A stretch of DNA of 64,000 nucleotides, from the NCBI RefSeq assembly GCF_006345805.1, contig NC_043015.1, forward strand, positions 22,258,001 to 22,322,000. The letters run 5' to 3'. This document shows positions 54,926-64,000 of the stretch, piece after piece (position 1 is the first letter of the stretch; each line of letters begins with the position of its first letter). A program made the position numbers and the translations under genes. Source of the DNA: Octopus sinensis. Lineage: Eukaryota. The notes beneath the pieces were generated by a model. That model saw nothing but the letters and a program-made list of their open reading frames with translations. It was not told the DNA's origin and did not search any database.

Positions 54926-57236
54926 TTTTAAAAATATAAATATATGAAAGAATGGAGCTGAACGACGAATTAGCAAAATTCCTTTATTTTCGACACATGT
55001 TTCGAAGGCTGCATATTCCTAATTGCGAAGGAATAAGGAGTACATTATGCCGCTTTCTCATCAGGAAAAGCAAGGAACTTATGTCAACATCAAAATGCAC
55101 AAAAAACTTTTAGATGATTGCTCACACGGAGCCCATAGCTATAATGAATGTCTCTTTAAAATATTCCTTTATTAGGAGTGACGTCAAAGTGGTTGAATGT
55201 AGAAGAATCTAGAAGGTTCTAAGGGTTCAAGGGTTCAAACGAAGTTGGAGGAGAGAGGCATAAGAATAGGAAGGTGAAAGGGTGTAGGTCATATGAATGG
55301 TGGATTTTGTTAATTTCTTTTGTGAATGAGTGCCTGTGTGTGTGTGACTGTATATAACTGCATTAATGTGTGTGTGTATGTGTATGCGTGATTGTGTATG
55401 TGGATGGGTAGATGTCAGAAAACAGACAGTGGTGAGGTGAGAGGTTTGTGTCTGTGAGTTTGATTGTGCTTACTATAGAAAGAGGGAAATAGAGAGATAA
55501 AGAGAGAGAAAGAGGAGGGCGAGGTAGAGGGACTAAGGCAACACATACCTCACTGGATTGGGTAGTAGTTCTTTGAAAGTATAAAAACATTTTTTGACTA
55601 TGGGGGTGACATATATAAAAAAGAAGTTATATTAATTAAAAATTCAAGGGGTTAACTATATTAATCATTATTCATATCAGTGAAAGGTGTGTTCTTGCCA
55701 GTGCATGCACCTGTAGGATCTCTCGACGATTGTATTTATTAAAGGGACTTTGGCGAACAAAATATGAAAAAGTTCGGAATTTCAGATGCCACAAAGTTTT
55801 CTGCCCTTATCAAACGGAAAGGACACCGACAATATGGACCATTCCAGCTTGAAAATTGTATTGCTGTTCTTCAGACGCCGTGCTGTGTTGTTTTCTCTTA
55901 TCTCGGAAAGTTGAATGATAATTGGAGATCCTTTGGGCTAATTTAGACGAAGTTGCTCCAATGTAGAAGAAGACACCGGTTCCAGAATATCGTCGGCAAT
56001 TTCTCTGACTATAGCAATGCTGTGATTGTTATCATCAATAATACAACTGTTATTAGAAATGCTGTTACTATTACCACAAACACCACCACTGTTAATAATC
56101 CGGCTAATGTTATTATCATTATTACTATTTTTAACGCCAATGCTGCTATGAATGTTGCTAATATCAATACTATTTCTATTATTATTATTATTGTATGTTA
56201 GGTTGGAATTGGTAAGGGCAGTGTCGCTACTCATGGGTGATGAGTCCTTATTAAGCAGCTTATTATTATGGGAGGCAATTATCTGCGATAGATTTCTAGT
56301 GTTGGAGAATGCAATCCTCACCTTATGCGAATTGATTGTAGAGAAATACCTAGAATTCCTGGGAAAGTTCCTAGCTACGGCTTCACGGAACTGCAAAGGG
56401 AGGTTAGACCTGATTTGTTTCCCGAAAGGAATGACAAACCAGATATAGTTTTTGTTTTACTTAGAATGGCTCAGAGTGTTAACATTTACATTAAAAGGGA
56501 GTATTTCTGTGTTGTAGAATTGGTGTTGGTTTTCGATTGCCTCCCCTGGTCCGTAAATTATTTTTGTTAATTATATTAGTGTCGACGTTGCTAGAGCTGA
56601 AATCATTAAGTACATTATTTCTATTGTTATTAGTTTTCTTATGCTGAGAAGCAAATATTAGTTTAGAATGGGCCGGGTCGATATATGACACCTTACCCCT
56701 ATAACCGGCTTTTGACAAAGCGGCATTATAAAATTCCGCTTTTTGTTTTAAAATGTCGACATTCGCAGAAAAATTTGATAGTCTTAAGGATAAATTTTTA
56801 GCTAAATTATCGGTGATAGTTTTTGCATGGTTACTGAAAATGCTGACATATTTAAGGTTAGTAGAAGGCTTATGGTAAGGGAAGTAAGAATTGTTATGCA
56901 GATTTAGGGTAACATCTAAGAAGTTGGCTTTAGTTAGTTCGTCGTCGAAAACCATGCTCATGCCCATTCTGCTAAAAAAATCTAGCTAATCTGTTTTTAT
57001 TCTTCTGTATCATACTGTTCGGAGCATTCTGTAGGTAAAATAGACAATCGTCTCGATACAGACCGCCGCAGATGTCAGAAAATTGGTCGGCTAATTCATA
57101 GAGAATATAGATTCCGACCAAATCGGCTATCCTTCGCAATTAGGAATATGCAGCCTTCGAAACATATGTCGAAAATAAAGGAATTTTGTTAATTCGTCAT
57201 TCAGCTCCATTCTTTCATGTATTTATATTTTTAAAA
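54926..57236 (-). mobile_element. Penelope-like element (RT + C-terminal GIY-YIG, Hydra-clade-like), 5'-truncated with inverted terminal pseudo-LTR copy; disabled
   Basis: LVGIYIL..GLYRDD (57047-57058); NFLDVTLNL..YHKP..SNH; IWFVIPF; FFYIGATS (YIG 55957-55965); LEWSIL..CGI*..LINT..CMH; ~107-bp inverted repeats 54926-55032 and 57130-57236. Confidence 0.9.
54976..55080 (-). ncRNA. Type-I hammerhead ribozyme motif in the PLE 3' pseudo-LTR
   Basis: Stem I aagttccttgcttttc/gaaaataaaggaattt; CTGATGA (55064-55058); stem II gaaagcggcata/tatgcagccttc; GAAA; AC-ATGT-GT; GUC triplet (54994-54992). Confidence 0.8.
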
Positions 57237-57258
57237 ATATATATATATATTATATATA

Positions 57259-57330
<72 letters not shown>

Positions 57331-57368
57331 TTTTATATATATATAAATATATGCATATATATGTATGC

Positions 57369-57426
<58 letters not shown>

Positions 57427-57523
57427 CATACATATATATATATGTCTCTGTTTGTGTGTATGTATGTATGTATGCATGTATGTATGTATGTGTATATACA
57501 TCTATATGTATATATATATGTAA

Positions 57524-57554
<31 letters not shown>

Positions 57555-57601
57555 TGCGTAAAGATATTTTGGGTGTGAATGTATATATATATACCTATCT
57601 A

Positions 57602-57666
<65 letters not shown>

Positions 57667-58480
57667 ATCTATCTCTCTCTATCTCTCTCTCTCTCTGTCT
57701 ATATATATATATATATATATTAGAAAAATGAGGTAATCAGATCGGATGGTTCATTGTTATAGATATTTATTTATATATTACATTTTTTACATATATATCA
57801 TATCATTCGGATTAGCGCTTTCTCCCAATCCAGTGGGGTTTTCAAATCAAATCAATTCCTTTGTGGGGAATTTGAACATTTTATAGTTTCGTAGTAGTGG
57901 GGAGGAATAAGACAGTATAAAAGGGTGAGGAGGAAGTGAGACAGAGAAAACATGTGTGTATGTGTATGTGTGTGTGTATGTGTGTGTGTGTGTGTGTGTG
58001 CGTTTGTATCTGAGAGGGAAGAAGAAGTATTATTTCCGTTGGCCTACTGGACCTCCTGTGGTTTTCTAAGAATTTTGGCTCTGCTCTCTGTCCAGTCTCG
58101 TGTCACTGAGTGTGTGTTGTGCGTAGGCTGGCCGGACAAATGTCATTTGGGGTCACACTTTCTATGATCGTTTTGTGGAGGTGTGTGTGTGTGTGTGTGT
58201 GTGTGTCCGTGTGTGTTTTTGTGTGCGTGTGTGTGTGTCTCTGTGTGTTTGGAGAAGAAGAGAGAGAAAGAAAGAGAAAAGGGAAAATAAAAATAAAAAT
58301 AAATATAAAAATAAAAATAATAAAAAAATATAAAAAATAAAAAAATAAAAAATAAAATATAAAAAAATAAATAAAAAATAAATAAAAATAAGGGAGGAAG
58401 TGGAGAAGAAGAAAAAAATATTTTTCTATGTTGATATTTATACCAGTACATATATATATACACACACATACTTATACATA

Positions 58481-58753
58481 AAATATTTGAAAAAACCTTT
58501 TTATCGGTTCAAAATGAACAACCAAGTTACACCATCTTGAAAATTGTATGTCATAGGAAAGTTAAAATTAAAGTGACAATTAAAAGGTAAAGATGGAAGT
58601 AAATTATAAAGATAATAATATAATATAATGTATATAACAAGCAATACACATATCTATACACACACAGATATATATATATATATATACACATACAGACATA
58701 TACTAAATGTTCTACTATATTAGATTGTAAATCGAAAGATGTGTCCTTCAATG

Positions 58754-58792
<39 letters not shown>

Positions 58793-59052
58793 GCTTACAC
58801 ATGAAATATTAGAGAAAAATCTACCTTCTATCGAATCAAAATGAACAATCAAGTTACACCATCTTGAAAATTGTATATCATAGGAAGGTTAAAATTAGAA
58901 TGATAGTTGGCAAGTAAAGATCAAGTAAATTGCAAAAACAATATAATGTATATAACAGGTAAAATACACACACACACCTATATATATACACACATATATT
59001 AAATGTTCCACTGTATCATATTGTAAATCGAAAACTTTGTCCTTCAATGTAT
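58481..59052. repeat. Old tandem duplication of a ~320-bp unit; third fragment at about 62205-62315
   Basis: caaaatgaacaa.caagttacaccatcttgaaaattgta..ttgtaaatcgaaa..gtccttcaatgt appears twice. Confidence 0.8.
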
Positions 59053-59068
59053 GTTGAGTAAAGTTTCA

Positions 59069-59103
<35 letters not shown>

Positions 59104-60196
59104 TTGAGAGAGAGAGAGAGATATTGTTATATGTGTGCGTGCGTGCGTGTCTATATGTATCTATACGGAGAGCAAAAGAGAGAGGTGGAAGAGTTAGAAA
59201 GAAAGAAGCAAGCAAAAAGATAAAAAAAGGAAATAAAGGGTAGAATAAGAGAGATATTATATATATTCTTAGCACACGCATAAATATATAATCGGTTAAC
59301 AAGATCGAGAAAATAGAACTCGAATAACAAATGTAAAGTAAAATATAATCTTTTGTTGCAGCTGAAAATTTACAAAAGTTGTTAATCTGTGTTTCATGTA
59401 ATCGATCATCAGGAAGAAGTAAGCTAAATCTTCTTTTTAGTATTGCGGTGTGGATTTCTTGTTAAGGACTCAAATATTTAAAAGATCTTCGAACACTTGA
59501 TTCTAATACTTAACATATTTTGGATTCTGTTGGATATTACGACTGATTTTTGATGAAAGGTAATATGAACTTCAATATGATTGAACTAAAATTAAGTAAA
59601 ACGTGTTAAAAGCCCGATGCTTGGCTATATACAAATAGCTTTGCTATTTATAACCAAAGACACATTATTGGCAGGATCCTCATTAAGATTTTAAGAATCA
59701 TAGAATATATATATATATATATTTTAAGTAATGGATAGAGATAATAATAATGGGTACATAATAGAAATTGAAACATAGACACATAAGCAGTAGAAAGAAG
59801 GAAACAAAGAAATTAATGAATGCATTTACTACGTAGAAAGGAAAGTGAAAACAGTTTGTGCAAGAAAATTTCAATCTGATTCAGAGAAATGGAGCTAAAT
59901 GGAAGTACCAGCTAATGCATTTAAATACGTAATGTTTTCCTTTCTCATTCATTATTAGCAAAATGATGTATGTTGTCGATGCTCATTCGGATGGGCGGAT
60001 TAATTCTATATCACACTGTCCTATACTTGATGTATTTCGAGACTAGTATATACATACATACATACATACATACTTACACACACACAAACACACACTCATA
60101 CATATATATATATACATATATACACACACATATATACATACATACACACAAACACACATATATACATATATATATATAGAGAGAGAGGGAGACAAA

Positions 60197-60596
60197 GGGG
60201 TATAAGCGTGGCTGCGTGATAAGAAACTCGCTTCTCAATCACATGGTTATGGGTTCGGCTCAGTAGCGTGACACCTCACTCAAATGTATTCTAGTATGTC
60301 CTGGGGCCGACCAAACACTTGTGACTGGACTTAGTAGATGGACACTGAAAGACGCAGTCGCATATGTGTGTGTGTGTGTTTGTGTGTGCGTTTGTGTCTG
60401 TGTTTGTCCCCGTTACCACATGACCACCGGTGTTGCGTATACATCCCCGTAATTTGGTGGCTCTGCAGGAGAAATCCATAGTCTGTTACCAGGTTTGAAA
60501 TAATGTAGTGGTGTCGATTCACTCGACTAAGGATTCTTCAAGACGGTACCTCAGCTTGGCCGTAGTATATTTGCTGAAACAAGAAGTTAAAAGATA
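60197..60596 (+). mobile_element. SINE family B, decayed full-length copy
   Basis: Colinear with 32417-32820 (ggggccgaccaa..cttgtga..tcgactaag..gctgaaacaag). Confidence 0.75.
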
Positions 60597-60752
60597 CAAA
60601 TACAAACACACACACACATATATACTCACACACATACTAGAAGTACATAGCTACCCCATAAAATATCGTTTCTGTTTATTCTAACTTGTAAAGATTTATA
60701 TTTCTTATCAATTGACATTTTTGTTTCAGATTCTATATGTGACTGTTTAATC

Positions 60753-61730
60753 ATGCCATATTCAAAAGAAGATCTGGAACTGTCTGAATTTCAAAGAGGC
60801 CGTAATGTAGGTCATTCTGAAGGCGGATATAGTCAGCGTAAAATCATAGAAAACCTTGGGAATCCTGCTTTCTACAGATAATAGAGTGATTGTGCAATTC
60901 ACCAGAGAAGGGGAAGGAGTCTATATCACCTTGACAACCAGAGCTCTCTTACAGGACCCTTCTCTTTACTAAGAAATATGTGGAGGTTTATCCTCGTTGC
61001 AAGACATCTGACATAGCAGAGCAAGTTGATGTCAGTCCCAGAACAGCTGTCAGGTATCTCCATAAACTTGGTTAATATGGCAGAGTAGGAAGAAGAAAGC
61101 CACATCTTTGACCAGCCAATATGAGGCGGAGAAAAAGCGGGGCCAGTGAGATGGTGGAGAGCCCATTAGCATTTTGGGATACTGACATATTTTCTGATGA
61201 GTCCAGATTTGCTGTATTTTCCTAACAGTGGTCGAGTGTGGGTCTGGAGACCCTCTGATCAAGAATTTGATGTGAAAACATTCCAACCAGCAATGAAACA
61301 CAGCAGCTATTCTGTGATGCTTTGGGGAACAATTTGGAGCAATCGTTGATCACAGCTGGTGGAGTTTGAGGGAAAGATAAACTCATATAAATATGTGTCC
61401 ATATTGCAGAAAGGACTTCTTCCAAACTTCTCCAGTGGTGAAATGATTAATGAAGACTCTCTATTTATGGAAGATGGGATTCCTTGCCACACTGTTAAAA
61501 GGGCCCTAGTTTGTTGGAAAAGAATGACACCAAAGAGATTCTATAGCCAAGCCAGTTAGCATATATGAACCCTAGAGAACACCTCTGGAGCATATTGGAC
61601 AGGACATTTCATAAACAGGCATAATGGACAGGACATTTCATAAACAGAACAAAAAAGCATCTTCAAAGCCAGATCGTTCGCGATTATTGCAGGAAACTTT
61701 GGAAAATGCAAAGAGAATGTCTACTAAATA
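60753..61730 (+). mobile_element. Tc1-family (DD34E-type) transposase remnant
   Basis: MP..ELSEFQRGR.VG..EGGYSQRKI; FSDESRF; GRVWVWR..QEFD; KH..SVMLWGTIWS; FMEDG.PCHT; MNPREHLW. Confidence 0.88.
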
Positions 61731-61844
61731 TTAAATGTTCACATTATAACAATCAATAAAATAATTTAAATGTATAAATTCAGATTTAAATAAATTTGAA
61801 TGATTATAAGGGTGAATATTTACTTCTTTCATGTCTGTATACAC

Positions 61845-62434
<590 letters not shown>

Positions 62435-62435
<1 letters not shown>

Positions 62436-62652
62436 GAATCCTTTCTGCAATAAGCGAAAGGCCTGAAATCAGAGGCGAAAGGACCAATCGATTACGTCAA
62501 CCCTGTGAACAACTTGGGCTTATTTCATCGAACGCGAATGACTGGAAAGTAACGTCAACTGCAGGGGACTTTCAACTGTGTGCATAAAGACGAGTCAAAT
62601 ACTGTTAAGCATATTATCCGGCGTTGTAACAACTATGGCATCTCGCTACCTT
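62435..62652 (-). mobile_element. SINE family A, decayed
   Basis: aatcgattacgtcaaccc..cataaagacgag..aagcatatt..ccggcgt..taac. Confidence 0.6.
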
Positions 62653-63368
62653 ACAATGTATATAGACAAAAGTAGATAAGTACATTAACATATTGCATAT
62701 CATATTAAACCGTTATAAACAAGATATACAAGCACGAATATGATGAGCAACATAGAATCTTCCGGACAGGATATCTTCTTTCAAATCATATACAATTTGG
62801 TGTATAAAGCAATAGATAATTTATGGAAATAATATTAGTCAGAAACTTGATTGGATATTGAGAATTATTTTCACTGCCTTAGTATTTAATGACTGTGTTG
62901 TTAGTTGTTGCTTTGGTCTTATTTTCATTACAAATCGGCCATCTATGTAAATTTGTGATCAAAGGCGCTCTAGACATGAGTACAATTTATAGGTCTTTGC
63001 ACTATATACTTAAGATCTGTTGTAGATATTTCAGAGTGTTTAAGATGTCTACCTAGTTATTATGAGATCCAGATATCGATCCGCAGTTTCCCAATGTAGA
63101 CGAGGGATTTCACTCAAGTCAGAATTAAAACAATTTATTATAAATGAAAACAGTGAACAAAACAATGTTTTGTTCGATGGATTGTGACTGTAATTCTATG
63201 CGCGTGCCATGTTTACATGTAGGAATTACGTTACAAATATTAGTCTTTGTGTAATTACGGAATCCAGCGTATATTCATGGGAGCATATGGCTTTTATACA
63301 TAATGTTGATATATTGAATATAATTGACGTCCAAGGAAGAAATCATCCAGGGTAAAGGTTTGGCGTAG

Positions 63369-64000
63369 TTAGTCACGCTTGAAATTTCGAAGTATGAATT
63401 GTTGTATGTGTATGCAGGAGAATATGGTTTCTTCCTTAATATTAAAATATACACTGTCGATGTTATGAAATTTAGTTTTCCAGTAATGCAGGGCTCGCAT
63501 TTGCTGCCACATCTCCTGTATTTACCGGACTTAGCAATAATTCTCCAGTTTATATGGCGATTGCTCACACTCCACTCATTAAGTATCCATATCATATTGT
63601 ATAAAGATGTTACTTTGTCTATCTCTGAACGAAGTAAGATGCTGTGTATATCTTTCTTTGAAGGTGCTTTTCTCATTTTAATGTAAGTATTGTTGTTTCG
63701 TTCAAATGCGAAATGCTGCTCTTGTACACTAATTCGTTTACCGGGTAACTGTTGTTAAGGGAACAACTTCACAGAGATCTACAATTACAGGATCTTGGAG
63801 GGATATTCCATACGTTGCATTTTTTTCCTATGTTTGAAAATGATCTGCCCATTGTTAGGGAGGCAACTATAATTAACTTTGACCGATTTCTGTTGAGGCT
63901 ATTCTGGAATTATTTGAGTGTGGGAAGTGGTTATTACTATCTAAGTGGATATCGATGTTCATATGTAGAGTCATGCTGTCACTAGGTTAATACAAGGGAG
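63369..64000 (-). mobile_element. Second Hydra-like PLE remnant (linker and GIY-YIG), runs off the window
   Basis: SCNCRSL*SCSLN..ELVYKS; TYIKM; TSLYNMIW..INWRII..KCEPC; N.KEE...CIH..FILRNFK-stop. Confidence 0.8.

Noticed and set aside
55600-55676. SECIS-like ATGA-N11-AA pattern just after the PLE stop codon (minus strand)
   Set aside because: The downstream strand does not pair convincingly with the 11-nt helix and the required 3' GA is missing; not supportable without SECISearch.
56030-56200. Asn/Ser-rich segment of ORF 55938-56396 as a host protein
   Set aside because: It is a low-complexity trinucleotide tract inside the PLE linker region.
59370-59425. Minus-strand CTGATGA..GAAA at about 59390-59412
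   Set aside because: Stems I, II and III do not pair; probably chance.
61190-61205. CTGATGAG motif
   Set aside because: It is the FSDES coding motif of the Tc1 transposase, not a ribozyme.

Overview
AT-rich eukaryotic non-genic DNA. The very high (TA)n/(CA)n/(GATA)n/(TAA)n microsatellite density and the tRNA-derived SINE types suggest an octopus-like coleoid cephalopod (inference). No intact host gene was found, and almost all ORFs in the supplied track are microsatellite read-throughs. The window is a graveyard of transposable elements: R4/Dong-type non-LTR elements (RT plus restriction-like endonuclease) sitting in TAA/CAT microsatellites, an RTE LINE remnant, mariner/Tc1 remnants and MITEs, several SINE families, and Penelope-like elements (PLEs). 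The main hidden layer is RNA-structural. At least 7 readable type-I hammerhead ribozyme (HHR) motifs, plus several relics, occur with CTGATGA/GAAA cores and palindromic or near-palindromic stem III. Some form inverted twin pairs (6.0-6.6 kb, 36.4-36.8 kb), several cluster at 6-8.3 kb between (TA)n tracts, and one lies at the 3' end of a Hydra-clade-like PLE with an inverted pseudo-LTR. That PLE has an in-frame TGA exactly at a conserved CxxC cysteine of its GIY-YIG domain. All calls are by eye; nothing was folded or searched computationally, and coordinates of decayed elements are approximate.
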